Positions 1 through 9,824 of a stretch of 64,000 nucleotides of DNA are shown piece after piece. Position numbers and translations under genes: made by a program. The notes under the pieces were generated by a model. It did no database searches. It was not told the DNA's origin and saw only the letters and a list, made by a program, of their open reading frames with translations. The stretch covers positions 24 to 64,023 of the forward strand of contig JAQUEL010000004.1 in assembly GCA_028685295.1 (NCBI GenBank), in the 5' to 3' direction. This DNA is from a bacterium (lineage in GTDB: Bacteria; UBP13; UBA5359). The stretch's first letter is position 1; each line of letters opens with the position of its first letter.

Positions 1-103
1 CGAGTCAATGTAATTCTTCCTTCTTTCATGCTTTGCATTTTATTTCAAAAAGGGACATTATCTCAAGTGAATTACATAGTGACATTATCACAAGTTAACC
101 ACA
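1..103. repeat. Left arm of a perfect inverted repeat of at least 103 bp (partner at 63878..63980). It may extend beyond the window start.
   Basis: The reverse complement of 1..103 is identical base-for-base to 63878..63980. It lies just upstream of the tRNA-Tyr/tRNA-Thr promoter. Confidence 0.9.
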
Positions 104-120
104 AGGCCGGTTACAGCTGC

Positions 121-149
121 TTGACAAAAGAATACGGATTATGTAAAAT
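121..149 (+). promoter_or_regulatory. Sigma-70-like promoter for the tRNA-Tyr/tRNA-Thr/tuf transcription unit (TTGACA-17-TAAAAT)
   Basis: TTGACA at 121-126, a 17-nt spacer, and TAAAAT at 144-149. The first tRNA begins about 50 nt downstream. Confidence 0.5.
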
Positions 150-200
150 TCCTTTGTCGTGCTGACTGGTTATTTCCGGTCTTTAATAATCTGACGACAT

Positions 201-287
201 GGAGGGGTTCCCGAGTCTGGTCAAAGGGGGCAGACTGTAAATCTGTTGGCTACGCCTTCGGAGGTTCAAATCCTCCCCCCTCCACCA
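201..287 (+). tRNA. tRNA-Tyr(GTA), long variable arm, CCA encoded
   Basis: Acceptor stem GGAGGGG pairs with CCCCTCC. The anticodon loop is cuGUAaa. It has a long variable arm, a GGTTCAAATCC T-arm and a terminal ACCA. Confidence 0.8.
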
Positions 288-301
288 TTTTTTGTTTATT
301 C

Positions 302-377
302 GCCCACGTAGCTCAGTAGGTAGAGCGTATCCTTGGTAAGGATAAGGTCACCGGTTCAATTCCGGTCGTGGGCTCCA
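302..377 (+). tRNA. tRNA-Thr(GGT), CCA encoded
   Basis: Acceptor stem GCCCACG pairs with CGTGGGC. The anticodon loop is uuGGUaa. It has a GGTTCAATTCC T-arm and a terminal CCA. Confidence 0.8.
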
Positions 378-410
378 TCTCTATAAAGTTTATGAGAGGA
401 GACGGAAGAA

Positions 411-1613
411 ATGGCAAAGTCAAAGTATGAGAGGACAAAACCGCACGTCAACGTAGGAACGATTGGTCACGTAGACCATGGTAAGACGACATTGACGGCA
501 GCGATCACCAGGGCGCTAAGTAATACGGGGCAGGCTTCTTTCAGAAGCTACGATGAGATTGACAATGCGCCGGAAGAGAAGGCTAGAGGAATAACTATTG
601 CCACGACACACGTGGAATATGAGACAGAGACGAAGCACTATGCACACGTAGACTGTCCGGGGCACGCCGACTATATCAAGAACATGATCACTGGAGCGGC
701 GCAAATGGATGGAGCCATTCTGGTGGTATCTGCAGCAGACGGGCCTATGCCGCAGACCAGGGAGCACATATTGTTGGCACGTCAGGTAGGGGTGCCGTAT
801 ATTGTAGTTTTCATGAATAAGGCGGATATGGTAGATGATCCGGAGCTGTTGGAGCTGGTAGAGATAGAGATAAGGGATCTGCTGAACAGCTATGAGTTTC
901 CCGGAGATGATACGCCGATAATAGCGGGTTCTGCGTTAAAGGCTCTGGAGTGCGGATGTGGTAAGAATGAGTGCGAGTGGTGTGGACCTATATGGAAGTT
1001 ATTGTCAGCACTGGACAGCTATATACCTGCTCCTGAGAGAGATGTAGACAAGCCGTTTTTGATGCCTATAGAGGATGTTTTCAGCATCACAGGGCGAGGG
1101 ACGGTAGTAACGGGAAGAGTAGAGCGCGGCAAGGTAAGAGTAGGAGAAGAGGTAGAGATAGTAGGTTTGGCCCCGCAGAGCCGCAAGACGGTAGCAACGG
1201 GAGTGGAGATGTTCCGTAAGTTACTGGATGAAGGCATAGCAGGAGACAACATAGGAGTATTGCTGCGTGGAGTGGATAAGAATGATGTAGAGCGTGGTCA
1301 GGTATTGGCCAAGCCCGGCTCGATCAAGCCGTATACAAAGTTCAAAGCCAACGTATATATTCTATCCAAGGAGGAAGGCGGCAGGCATACTCCGTTCTTT
1401 AACGGTTATCGTCCGCAGTTCTATTTCAGGACAACGGACGTAACGGGAGTGGCGACACTGCCGGAGGGCGTAGAGATGGTAATGCCTGGCGACAACGTGG
1501 CGTTGTCGGCAGAGCTGATAACGCCGATAGCGATGGAAGAGGGGCTGAGGTTCGCTATACGAGAGGGCGGACATACGGTCGGTGCCGGAGTTATCAGCGC
1601 TATTGACGGGTAA
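411..1613 (+). CDS. tuf: Elongation factor Tu, copy 1
   Basis: 400 aa with the P-loop [14 protein letters not shown] and NKAD motifs. A Shine-Dalgarno (GAGAGGAGA) lies upstream. It is near-identical to the copy at 16973..18175. Confidence 0.97.
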   Translation: MAKSKYERTKPHVNVGTIGHVDHGKTTLTAAITRALSNTGQASFRSYDEIDNAPEEKARGITIATTHVEYETETKHYAHVDCPGHADYIKNMITGAAQMDGAILVVSAADGPMPQTREHILLARQVGVPYIVVFMNKADMVDDPELLELVEIEIRDLLNSYEFPGDDTPIIAGSALKALECGCGKNECEWCGPIWKLLSALDSYIPAPERDVDKPFLMPIEDVFSITGRGTVVTGRVERGKVRVGEEVEIVGLAPQSRKTVATGVEMFRKLLDEGIAGDNIGVLLRGVDKNDVERGQVLAKPGSIKPYTKFKANVYILSKEEGGRHTPFFNGYRPQFYFRTTDVTGVATLPEGVEMVMPGDNVALSAELITPIAMEEGLRFAIREGGHTVGAGVISAIDG

Positions 1614-1654
1614 TCAGGCAAAATAACCGGTCTGAATATTTTAAGAATTTAAGG

Positions 1655-1676
1655 CTGGGCGGCTTAAGCCGCCCAG
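1655..1676 (+). terminator. GC-rich 9-bp hairpin (CTGGGCGGC-TTAA-GCCGCCCAG) after tuf; the U-tract is weak
   Basis: Perfect palindrome 42 nt after the tuf stop. No clean T-run follows, so intrinsic termination is uncertain. Confidence 0.35.
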
Positions 1677-1687
1677 AGCTATTGACA

Positions 1688-1716
1688 TTGACTATGTGAA
1701 GTAAATATGCTAGATT
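1688..1716 (+). promoter_or_regulatory. Candidate promoter for rpmG-tRNA-Trp-secE-nusG (TTGACT-17-TAGATT)
   Basis: TTGACT at 1688-1693, a 17-nt spacer, and TAGATT at 1711-1716. An overlapping TTGACA lies at 1682-1687. Confidence 0.3.
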
Positions 1717-1750
1717 AGACTGGCGTCATCGGACGCATGAGGTGAGCAGT

Positions 1751-1912
1751 ATGGCCAAAGACGATCGCAAGACAATATCATTATCGTGTAATGAATGCAA
1801 ACGCCGTAATTATTCCACTACCAAAAATAGAAAGAATATTACCGGGCGGATGGAGCTCAAGAAATACTGCAGCTTCTGTAGACAGCACACGGTACATAGA
1901 GAAGTTCGTTAG
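1751..1912 (+). CDS. rpmG: 50S ribosomal protein L33, zinc-ribbon (C+) form. Not in the ORF track because it is under 60 aa.
   Basis: ATG at 1751, 53 aa: [53 protein letters not shown]. It has CxxC...CxxC and sits between tuf and tRNA-Trp/secE, as in Firmicutes. Confidence 0.85.
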   Translation: MAKDDRKTISLSCNECKRRNYSTTKNRKNITGRMELKKYCSFCRQHTVHREVR

Positions 1913-1943
1913 TATAGAGTATAATGTATAGATTAGGCGGCAC

Positions 1944-2020
1944 AGGCCTGTAGCTCCAATTGGTAGAGCACCGGACTCCAAATCCGGGTGTTGGGGGTTC
2001 GAATCCCTCCAGGCCTGCCA
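1944..2020 (+). tRNA. tRNA-Trp(CCA)
   Basis: Acceptor stem AGGCCTG pairs with CAGGCCT. The anticodon loop is cuCCAaa. It has a GGTTCGAATCC T-arm and a terminal GCCA. Confidence 0.8.
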
Positions 2021-2036
2021 AGGATGTGAAAACGTT

Positions 2037-2288
2037 TTGAGTCAAAGTAGAGTAAATCATGGCACCGTAAAAAAGGTTGCCTTTTCCAGGGTTATTAAGG
2101 ACTTCTTCTCAGGAGTCTGGGCGGAGATGAAAAAGGTAGCCTGGCCAAACCGGAAGGAACTGACATCTTCCACTATACTGGTAATAGTCAGCATAATAGT
2201 TGTGGCTGTTTTTATAGCCATACTGGATTTTGTTTACGGCTATGCCTTCAAGCTTCTGGGAAATTTTAGCGGTGGAATGGGTGGCTAG
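2037..2288 (+). CDS. secE: Preprotein translocase subunit SecE
   Basis: Small protein with one C-terminal TM helix and a KKVxWP motif. It starts with TTG after an AAGGATGTGA Shine-Dalgarno. Its position before nusG matches secE. Confidence 0.8.
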   Translation: MSQSRVNHGTVKKVAFSRVIKDFFSGVWAEMKKVAWPNRKELTSSTILVIVSIIVVAVFIAILDFVYGYAFKLLGNFSGGMGG

Positions 2289-2302
2289 CCGGTGCTCCAT
2301 CG

Positions 2303-2860
2303 TTGATGGAGAATGAGGTTATGGTGGAAAAAAACAAAGAGAAAAGGTGGTACGTGCTTCATACTCACTCCGGTTACGAGGCTAAGGCAAAGGCTAGTCT
2401 CGAACGGAGGATACAGTCTATGGGGCTGGAGGACAGGATCTCTCAAGTGGTTATCCCCACGGAGGAAGAGATAGAAATAAAAGACGGTAAGAAGAAGCGT
2501 ACCAAGAAAAAAATATTTCCCGGTTATATTATGATCGAGATGGCCATGGATAATGATATCTGGCAATTAGTTCGCAATACTACCGGAATAACCGGTTTTA
2601 TCAGCTCCGGTTCCAAGCCTGTCCCTTTACAGGAGCGTGAGGTCCAGACCATCTTGCATCAGATGGGTATGGCAGCGCCTAAGATAAAGGTGGCCTGGGA
2701 CCCCGGAGATTCTATCAGGGTTATATCCGGTCCCTTTATGAATTTCACGGGCGTTATTGAGGATATATATCCGGAACAGGGAAAACTCAGAGCATTGCTC
2801 ACCATTTTTGGCAGAGAAACGCCGGTTGAATTGGAATTTTACCAGGTCGAGAAGCTTTAG
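2303..2860 (+). CDS. nusG: Transcription termination/antitermination factor NusG
   Basis: 185 aa with an NGN domain (WYVLHTHSGYE) and a KOW motif. It follows secE. Confidence 0.92.
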   Translation: MMENEVMVEKNKEKRWYVLHTHSGYEAKAKASLERRIQSMGLEDRISQVVIPTEEEIEIKDGKKKRTKKKIFPGYIMIEMAMDNDIWQLVRNTTGITGFISSGSKPVPLQEREVQTILHQMGMAAPKIKVAWDPGDSIRVISGPFMNFTGVIEDIYPEQGKLRALLTIFGRETPVELEFYQVEKL

Positions 2861-2939
2861 CCGCAGTTGATAGGATGACTGCTCATAACACTGTAGTGTC
2901 ATCACGAAGCATATAAAAAAGTAGCGGGCATTTTAAGGC

Positions 2940-2968
2940 TTGCTATAGGGTTTTGAAACTGATATAGT
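2940..2968 (+). promoter_or_regulatory. Candidate promoter for rplK-rplA (TTGCTA-17-TATAGT) followed by a short leader hairpin (2975-2989)
   Basis: The -35/-10-like hexamers have 17-nt spacing. The leader hairpin is GTGCC-TACAG-GGCAC. Confidence 0.3.
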
Positions 2969-3017
2969 GGCATCGTGCCTACAGGGCACATTTTCTGGAC
3001 AGGAGAGGTAGCGTAGA

Positions 3018-3443
3018 ATGGCAAAGAAAATTAAAGGCATAATCAAGCTTCAGATAGCGGCTGGTAAAGCTACACCGGCCCCTCCGGTAGGTCCTGCACT
3101 AGGACAGCACGGCGTTAATATTATGGAGTTCTGCAAGAGCTACAATGAGAAAACTGCTGATAAGGCCGGCGAGATCATACCTGTTGAAATAACGGTATAT
3201 GAAGATAGGTCTTTTACGTTTGTTACTAAGACACCTCCAGCTGCAGAGCTTATAAAAAAAGCTGCCGGTATAGCTACCGCCTCCGGCACTCCTAATAAGA
3301 TTAAAGTCGGCAAGCTGACTAAAGCTCAGGTAAAGCAGATTGCGGAGCAGAAAATGCCGGATCTGAATGCTAACGATGTCGATGCTGCTATGCTGATGAT
3401 AGAAGGCACTGCTCGCAGTATGGGCATTGAAGTGGAAGGCTGA
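3018..3443 (+). CDS. rplK: 50S ribosomal protein L11
   Basis: 141 aa: [34 protein letters not shown]. Confidence 0.96.
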   Translation: MAKKIKGIIKLQIAAGKATPAPPVGPALGQHGVNIMEFCKSYNEKTADKAGEIIPVEITVYEDRSFTFVTKTPPAAELIKKAAGIATASGTPNKIKVGKLTKAQVKQIAEQKMPDLNANDVDAAMLMIEGTARSMGIEVEG

Positions 3444-3584
3444 TCCGAAAGTTTGATAATAAAATTCAAACATGATAATTATGTTTGAAAGGCATTAACG
3501 CCGGGCTCGAATTAAGTCGGGCATTATGCCTTGAATAAGTGGAAGGGCTTTTGCCCGTTATTACCACGGGAGGTATATGCAGAT

Positions 3585-4292
3585 ATGTCAAAAAGAGGAA
3601 AGCGATATCAGGATGCCTTAAAGCAGTATGATGTTAATGCTGCTTACGATCCTAAAGAAGCTGTCGAGCTGTTAAAAAAGATTGTCGTAACAAAGTTCAA
3701 TGAAAGTGTGGAAGTATCTATAAGGCTCGGTGTAGATCCGCGTCATGCAGACCAACAGGTGCGAGGTACGGTTGTGCTGCCCCATGGCACCGGAACCGAA
3801 AAGCGTGTTCTTGTTTTTGCCAAGGGTGATAAGGCTAAGGAAGCTGAGCAGGCTGGTGCTGATTACGTAGGCGCTGATGATCTGGCTGCCAAGATACAGG
3901 CTGGTTGGTTTGATTTTGATGTGGCTGTAGCTACCCCTGATATGATGAGTGTTGTGGGGAAAATGGGCAAGTTGCTTGGGCCCAGGGGACTTATGCCTAA
4001 TCCTAAGACGGGTACGGTTACCTTTGATCTTGATAGAACAATAAAGGAGATCAAAGCCGGTAAGGTTGAATACCGGGTGGATCGTTATGGAATCATTCAC
4101 TCTGTTATCGGCAAGGCATCCTTTGATGTGCAACAATTATTGGATAATTTCAGGGCATTGATGGGAGCGGTCATAAAGGCGCGACCCGCAGCGGCTAAGG
4201 GGACTTACCTCAAGAGTGTGGTTCTTTCTTCAACAATGAGCCCTGGTGTGAAAGTGGATGTCCAGAAGGCTGCGGCAACTGTAGAGAAGTAG
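3585..4292 (+). CDS. rplA: 50S ribosomal protein L1
   Basis: ATG at 3585 (MSKRGKRY...) with a GGGAGG Shine-Dalgarno 12 nt upstream. The ORF-track N-terminal extension from 3531 was rejected. Confidence 0.93.
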   Translation: MSKRGKRYQDALKQYDVNAAYDPKEAVELLKKIVVTKFNESVEVSIRLGVDPRHADQQVRGTVVLPHGTGTEKRVLVFAKGDKAKEAEQAGADYVGADDLAAKIQAGWFDFDVAVATPDMMSVVGKMGKLLGPRGLMPNPKTGTVTFDLDRTIKEIKAGKVEYRVDRYGIIHSVIGKASFDVQQLLDNFRALMGAVIKARPAAAKGTYLKSVVLSSTMSPGVKVDVQKAAATVEK

Positions 4293-4484
4293 TGATATAA
4301 AGAAGTTGGAATTCAGAACAGCCGGAGAACGTTTTGAGCAAGTATTAGCTCTCTTTCGGCTGCTGAGCTCTAATGTGCTTGAATACTTGAATATTGTGGG
4401 CCTGAGACAGTGGGTGGAAACTTAAATGACCGGTTACGGTCAACCCGCCGAGGCTGGAGTGAGACGATTAGGATTGTTCTCTAA

Positions 4485-4509
4485 GACCTCCGGCCGGAGG
4501 TCTTTTTTT
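4485..4509 (+). promoter_or_regulatory. rplJ leader hairpin with U-tract (GACCTCCGG/CCGGAGGTC + TTTTTTT). Likely the L10(L12)4 autoregulatory leader attenuator.
   Basis: An 18-nt perfect palindrome followed by T7 lies inside the roughly 300-nt untranslated leader upstream of rplJ. Confidence 0.45.
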
Positions 4510-4611
4510 GCCCATGTATTGATTAAGAAGGCGAAACATGAAAAAGGCATTATATGCAGGACACGCGATGTAGAAATCCCGGGCCCGGCATTTGAAATGG
4601 AGGTGAGATTA

Positions 4612-5130
4612 GTGGCTACAGTTGAAAAAAGAGAAATGGTGGAAAATATTAAAACGATGCTTCCTGCGGCTAAGGCTACATTGGTGACAAATCACACCGG
4701 GCTGAATGTCGAGGAAATCAATAGCCTGCGTAACCAGCTTAGAAAAGAAGACGTGGAATTTCATGTTGTTAAGAACACTTTGGCAAGGATAGCGGCTACC
4801 GAGACGGGATATGAATGCCTCAATGCTTATCTGGAAGGCCCAACGGCAATAGCTTTTGTTAAGAATGATCCGGTAACGGCAGCAAAGTTGCTGGTTAAGT
4901 TTATCAAGGAACATAAAAAGCTGGCATTGAAGGGTGGCCTTCTCGAAGGTAAGATCATAAGTGCGGAAGAAATCAGGGCGGTTGCAGATTTGCCGTCAAG
5001 AGAGGTTCTTCTGGCAAGGCTGGCTGGTACGATGATGAAACCGCTCAGCGATATGGCCAGTGTTCTTTCCGGACCTATCAGAAGCTTTGCTTATGCATTG
5101 CAAGCGGTTCAGCAACAAAAGGCGGAGTGA
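4612..5130 (+). CDS. rplJ: 50S ribosomal protein L10
   Basis: GTG at 4612 with a GGAGGTGA Shine-Dalgarno 6 nt upstream gives a 172-aa protein. The N-terminal region aligns to the L10 family. Confidence 0.85.
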   Translation: MATVEKREMVENIKTMLPAAKATLVTNHTGLNVEEINSLRNQLRKEDVEFHVVKNTLARIAATETGYECLNAYLEGPTAIAFVKNDPVTAAKLLVKFIKEHKKLALKGGLLEGKIISAEEIRAVADLPSREVLLARLAGTMMKPLSDMASVLSGPIRSFAYALQAVQQQKAE

Positions 5131-5271
5131 TTAATTATAATGATCTAGCAGTTTAGGAATTTAGCTGTTTAGTAGAACGCGAAGAACGTAAAAAGCAGAA
5201 TAACCTATGTGAAGGCTACTAACAAGCTAAATAGCTAATAAGGCTAAAAAGCTATTGGGGAGGTGAGATGA

Positions 5272-5661
5272 ATGGCAGAAACATTGACAAAGGACCAGAT
5301 ACTTGATGCTGTAAAGCAGATGAGTGTACTGGAGCTTTCAGAATTAGTCAAGGCTTTTGAAGAGGAGTTTGGCGTATCGGCTGCTCCTGTAGCTGCCGTA
5401 GCCGCTGCTCCTGTAGCCGGGGCTGCTGCTGCTGAAGAAGCTGAAGAGAAGACAGCTTTTGACGTTATTCTGGTTAGCGCCGGTGAGAAAAAGATACCTG
5501 TTCTTAAGGTTGTACGCGAGGTGACCAGCCTTGGACTCAAGGAGGCAAAGGAGCTTGTTGATAATGCTCCCAAGCCTATAAAGGAAGGTATCAAGAAGGA
5601 AGAGGCTGATGAGCTTAAGGCCAAGCTTGAAGAGGCCGGAGCAACAGTCGAAATTAAATAA
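5272..5661 (+). CDS. rplL: 50S ribosomal protein L7/L12
   Basis: 129 aa with an Ala/Glu-rich hinge and the C-terminal KEAKELV...GATVEIK. Confidence 0.96.
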   Translation: MAETLTKDQILDAVKQMSVLELSELVKAFEEEFGVSAAPVAAVAAAPVAGAAAAEEAEEKTAFDVILVSAGEKKIPVLKVVREVTSLGLKEAKELVDNAPKPIKEGIKKEEADELKAKLEEAGATVEIK

Positions 5662-5899
5662 TATTTATTGCCGGGGGGAGAATGGATTACCTTTCTCCTC
5701 CAACGGCAGATTGCTGAACAATGGAATTATGTTTGTCTACAGATATGATAAGGGTTGCGTCTTCCCTTTTTATTGTTTTGACAAACATATTTCTTTATGC
5801 TAACATTAAAATTTGTCACCTTAAGCGATGAGGAGCTGTACCCTTCAAGGGGGTATTTATGCTTTTTTTCATAATACTCGAACGTTGGGAGTGGAGTGC

Positions 5900-8800
5900 A
5901 TGACGATAGCGGCCAACAAGCGTGAGAGGGTTAGTTATGCTAAGATACCTACGGTTCTGGAACTGCCTAACCTTATAGAATTACAGCGAAATGCATATCA
6001 GTGGTTTATCGATACCGGGCTGAGGAATTTGCTTGACAGCTTTTCCCCTATTCAGGATTTTACCGGTAATCTGGTATTGGAATTTTTGGATTACACCTTT
6101 GATGAGCCGAAATATACCGTCGACGAATGTCGTGAACGGGATATGACCTATTCTGCACCGTTAAAAGTGCAGGTGCGTCTTATAAATCGTGTAAACGGAG
6201 AGGTCAAGGAGCAGGAAGTCTTTATGGGAGATTTTCCGCTGATGACATCAAAGGGTACCTTTGTAATAAACGGAGCTGAGCGGGTGATTGTCAGCCAGTT
6301 GGCCAGATCTCCCGGTGTCTATTTTAAATCGGAACTGGATCCGCATGGAAATGATCTTTATTCCGCAACTTTAATACCCAATAGGGGAGCCTGGATAGAA
6401 TTGGAGTTCGATGCCAACGGCATCATGTGGGTGAGGGTGGACAGGACTAGAAAGATCCCTGCTACCATACTTCTGCGGGCCCTTGGTTATAGAATTGTTT
6501 CCGATCAGGGAACTTATATCAATCGTATAACCGAATCATCCAAGCCTAAGAAGGGGCTTATCGGTCTTGAATTGGCAGAGGATGTGGTTGATCCTGATAC
6601 CGGTGACGTTTTGGCTGTCAGGGGTGCGGTTCTGGATGAGGCGGCGATTACTGCTTTAAAAGATGCAAGGGTGAAGGAGGTTTCCATCATCCGGGAGGAA
6701 AAGGTTGCCGTTCAGCAGGAAATCGGTGTCTTCGATCAGCAGGAGGTTATCTATTCCATTAAGGATCATGATCGTATAAGCGGCAAGGTTCTGGCTGATG
6801 ATGTAACAGATGCTCATACCGGTGAGGTTCTGGTTGAGAAGGACAGCAAGCTGACCGGCAGGGTTATCGGCAAGCTGAATAAAGCAGGCATAAGCGAAGT
6901 AAAGATTTATGAAGAGATAAAGGTCATGGAGATTGAGGAGTGGATGCGTCTGACTTTGGAAAAAGACAGCACCTCTGATTCCGATGAGGCCATCGTGGAG
7001 ATATATAGAAAATTGCGTCCCGGGGAGCCTCTTACCATGGATGGAGCGAAGATGCTCTTCAGATCTCTCTTTTTCGACCAGAAGAGATATGATTTGGCTC
7101 ATGTAGGCCGTTATAAGCTCAACAAGAAGCTGGGTCTAGATATAGATCCTATGCAACATGTTCTTACTAGGATGGATATCATCGAAACCGTGCGGTATCT
7201 TAAGAATCTGCCGCAGGGTGAGGGAAATATTGATGACATCGATCATCTTGGCAATCGACGGGTACGTGCGGTTGGCGAATTGCTTCTGAATCAGTTTAGA
7301 GTCGGCCTGTTGAGAATGGAACGCGTGATCAGAGAACGTATGATTATTCAGGAAACAGAGACGTTGACACCACAGGCCCTGATAAATATACGGCCTGTTG
7401 TTGCCGCTATAAAGGAGTTCTTTGGCAGCAGCCAGTTGTCTCAGTTTATGGATCAGACCAACCCTCTGGCTGAATTGACCCATAAGCGGCGGCTCAGCGC
7501 TCTGGGCCCCGGTGGTTTGAGCCGGGAGCGTGCAGGCTTTGAGGTGCGAGACGTGCATCACTCTCACTATGGGCGCATATGTCCCATAGAAACCCCCGAA
7601 GGTCCGAATATCGGTCTTATCGGGTCAATGGCTACCTATGCCCGGGTAAATGAGTACGGTTTTATCGAAACCCCGTATCGCAAGGTAGTAAATCGTTGTG
7701 TTTTGAACGAGATAGTTTATCTATCTGCTGATGAAGAAGACAACTACATCCTGGCACAAGCCAATGAGCCGATCGATGAAAACGGATATCTGATAAAAGA
7801 CAAGGTGCCGACCAGGGCCAGGGATATTATCGAAGCTGTGCAGGCCGATAAGGTGGATTTTATGGATGCCTCGCCTAAGCAGCTGGTCAGCGTTGCTACG
7901 GCGCTTATTCCATTCCTGGAGAATGACGATGCCAACCGTGCTCTTATGGGATCGAACATGCAGCGTCAGGCTGTTCCTCTGCTGCGTACGGAAGCTCCCA
8001 TGGTGGGAACCGGTATGGAGCGTAAGGTTGCTATGGATTCCGCTGCGGTGATTATTGCTGAGAGAGCCGGCGTGGTAAAGGCCATGTCCGCTGAAAGAAT
8101 TATCATCCAGACGGATGATGGTGAGTTGGATACATATAAAGTATACAAATTTATGCGTTCCAACCAGGGAACCGCTATTAATCAGCATCCGATTGTTTCG
8201 CTGGGACAGCGTATTGAAAAGGGAGAGGTCATTGCCGATGGCGCCAGCACGGATCATGGCGAGTTAGCTTTGGGGCGCAACGTCCTGGTCGCTTTCATGC
8301 CATGGAAGGGATACAATTATGAGGATGCCATTCTTCTTAGCGAGCGAATGGTCAAGGAAGATGTTTTCACTTCTATTCATATAGAGGAATATGAGTTGGA
8401 AGCCCGGGATACCAAGCTTGGCCCGGAAGAAATAACTCGAGATATTCCGAACGTTTCCGAGGATGTTCTGAAAGACCTTGATGAAAGAGGTATCATACGT
8501 ATTGGTGCTGAGGTAAGGGCTGAGGATATTCTGGTAGGAAAGGTTACTCCTAAGGGTGAAACCGAATTGACGCCTGAAGAGCGTTTGTTGAGGGCGATAT
8601 TCGGAGAGAAAGCACGCGAAGTAAGGGATACCTCTTTGCGGGTGCCTCACGGCGAAAAAGGACGCGTTGTCGATGTCAAGGTGTTTAAGCGTGAGAGCGG
8701 TGACGAGCTCTCTCCCGGGGTTAATGAGCTTGTCAGGGTCTATATAGCTCAGAAGAGAAAGATCCTGGAAGGCGATAAAATGGCCGGACGCCATGGAAAC

Positions 8801-9799
8801 AAGGGTGTTATCGCCCGTATTCTGCCGGAAGCGGATATGCCGTTCCTGCCGGACGGCACTGCAGTAGATATTGTGCTGAATCCCTTGGGTGTTCCTTCGC
8901 GTATGAATATAGGCCAGATATTGGAAACGCACTTCAGTCTGGCTGCCAAGGAATATGGTCTTGTACTTGAGAATCCGGTCTTTGATGGAGCTACCGAGGT
9001 AGAAATAACTAAAAGTGTTATCCAGGTAGTGGAAAGCAAGAAGCGCAGTATACTGAAAGAGTATATATCCACTGAATTGATGCTGGAGATACCGACTGAG
9101 CTGGACGAAAGACCTATCGATGAGATTCCCGTATTGCTTGACAGCATACTCACCGGTATGGAGAATGAAGATCTTTTAAAGCTGGCGCATAATGTTGCCA
9201 TGGAGGTTGATGAAGGCAGCTTCCAGGTTACCACCGGCAGCCGTCGGCAAGATATCGAGATACTGGTAGCAAAGATTATGGAACGTGCCTATGCCAGAGT
9301 AGGTTTACTACCCAGCGGCAAGGCAATTTTGCGAGATGGCATGACTGGGGAACCCTTTGATCATCCTGTGACGGTAGGTTACCTCTATATGATGAAGCTG
9401 GCCCATCTGGTTGATGATAAAATCCATGCCAGGTCTACCGGTCCATACTCACTGGTGACTCAGCAGCCGTTGGGCGGAAAGGCTCAGTTCGGCGGCCAGC
9501 GTTTCGGTGAGATGGAAGTCTGGGCGCTTGAGGCGTATGGTGCAGCCTTTACGCTGCAGGAATTGCTGACCATAAAATCCGATGATGTTATGGGACGTGT
9601 CAAGGCTTATGAGGCTATTGTCAAGGGCGAGAACGTTCAGGAGCCGGGAGTGCCGGAATCCTTCAAGGTCTTGATCAAGGAGCTTCAAAGCCTGGGCCTT
9701 GACGCCAGGATACTATCCGAAGAGGCTAAAGAGGTCATTATTAAAGACGACGAAATAGATCTATCTGAGACCGCTCGCGAACTGGGCGTAGAGGTCTGA
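5900..9799 (+). CDS. rpoB: DNA-directed RNA polymerase subunit beta
   Basis: ATG at 5900 ([17 protein letters not shown]...) with an upstream Shine-Dalgarno. About 1299 aa with conserved beta-subunit motifs. Confidence 0.97.
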   Translation: MTIAANKRERVSYAKIPTVLELPNLIELQRNAYQWFIDTGLRNLLDSFSPIQDFTGNLVLEFLDYTFDEPKYTVDECRERDMTYSAPLKVQVRLINRVNGEVKEQEVFMGDFPLMTSKGTFVINGAERVIVSQLARSPGVYFKSELDPHGNDLYSATLIPNRGAWIELEFDANGIMWVRVDRTRKIPATILLRALGYRIVSDQGTYINRITESSKPKKGLIGLELAEDVVDPDTGDVLAVRGAVLDEAAITALKDARVKEVSIIREEKVAVQQEIGVFDQQEVIYSIKDHDRISGKVLADDVTDAHTGEVLVEKDSKLTGRVIGKLNKAGISEVKIYEEIKVMEIEEWMRLTLEKDSTSDSDEAIVEIYRKLRPGEPLTMDGAKMLFRSLFFDQKRYDLAHVGRYKLNKKLGLDIDPMQHVLTRMDIIETVRYLKNLPQGEGNIDDIDHLGNRRVRAVGELLLNQFRVGLLRMERVIRERMIIQETETLTPQALINIRPVVAAIKEFFGSSQLSQFMDQTNPLAELTHKRRLSALGPGGLSRERAGFEVRDVHHSHYGRICPIETPEGPNIGLIGSMATYARVNEYGFIETPYRKVVNRCVLNEIVYLSADEEDNYILAQANEPIDENGYLIKDKVPTRARDIIEAVQADKVDFMDASPKQLVSVATALIPFLENDDANRALMGSNMQRQAVPLLRTEAPMVGTGMERKVAMDSAAVIIAERAGVVKAMSAERIIIQTDDGELDTYKVYKFMRSNQGTAINQHPIVSLGQRIEKGEVIADGASTDHGELALGRNVLVAFMPWKGYNYEDAILLSERMVKEDVFTSIHIEEYELEARDTKLGPEEITRDIPNVSEDVLKDLDERGIIRIGAEVRAEDILVGKVTPKGETELTPEERLLRAIFGEKAREVRDTSLRVPHGEKGRVVDVKVFKRESGDELSPGVNELVRVYIAQKRKILEGDKMAGRHGNKGVIARILPEADMPFLPDGTAVDIVLNPLGVPSRMNIGQILETHFSLAAKEYGLVLENPVFDGATEVEITKSVIQVVESKKRSILKEYISTELMLEIPTELDERPIDEIPVLLDSILTGMENEDLLKLAHNVAMEVDEGSFQVTTGSRRQDIEILVAKIMERAYARVGLLPSGKAILRDGMTGEPFDHPVTVGYLYMMKLAHLVDDKIHARSTGPYSLVTQQPLGGKAQFGGQRFGEMEVWALEAYGAAFTLQELLTIKSDDVMGRVKAYEAIVKGENVQEPGVPESFKVLIKELQSLGLDARILSEEAKEVIIKDDEIDLSETARELGVEV

Positions 9800-9824
9800 A
9801 AAGAGTACTAAGGAGGAATTCACC

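Noticed and set aside
516-767. Many 60-220-aa ORFs antisense to or overlapping tuf, rpoB, rpoC, fusA, EF-G2, secY and other genes (e.g. 516..767-, 7721..8257-, 8264..8932-, 26567..27283-, 29856..30377-, 34235..34867-)
   Set aside because: These are shadow ORFs inside long, highly conserved genes on the other strand or frame. They have no ribosome-binding sites and low-complexity translations, so they are artefacts of six-frame translation.
3531-3584. ORF-track N-terminal extensions of rplA, rplJ (from 4426), rpoB (from 5828), rplV, rpsC, rpmC, rpsQ, rpsH, rpsM, rex, holA, melA, the aminotransferase, the FGGY kinase and the MBL gene
   Set aside because: In each case an internal ATG, GTG or TTG with a well-spaced Shine-Dalgarno gives an N-terminus matching the protein family. 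The extensions run through leaders or intergenic hairpins.
5609-5803. 64-aa ORF in the rplL-rpoB spacer
   Set aside because: It overlaps the attenuator hairpins, has no Shine-Dalgarno and its sequence is unrecognisable. The spacer is better explained as regulatory RNA.
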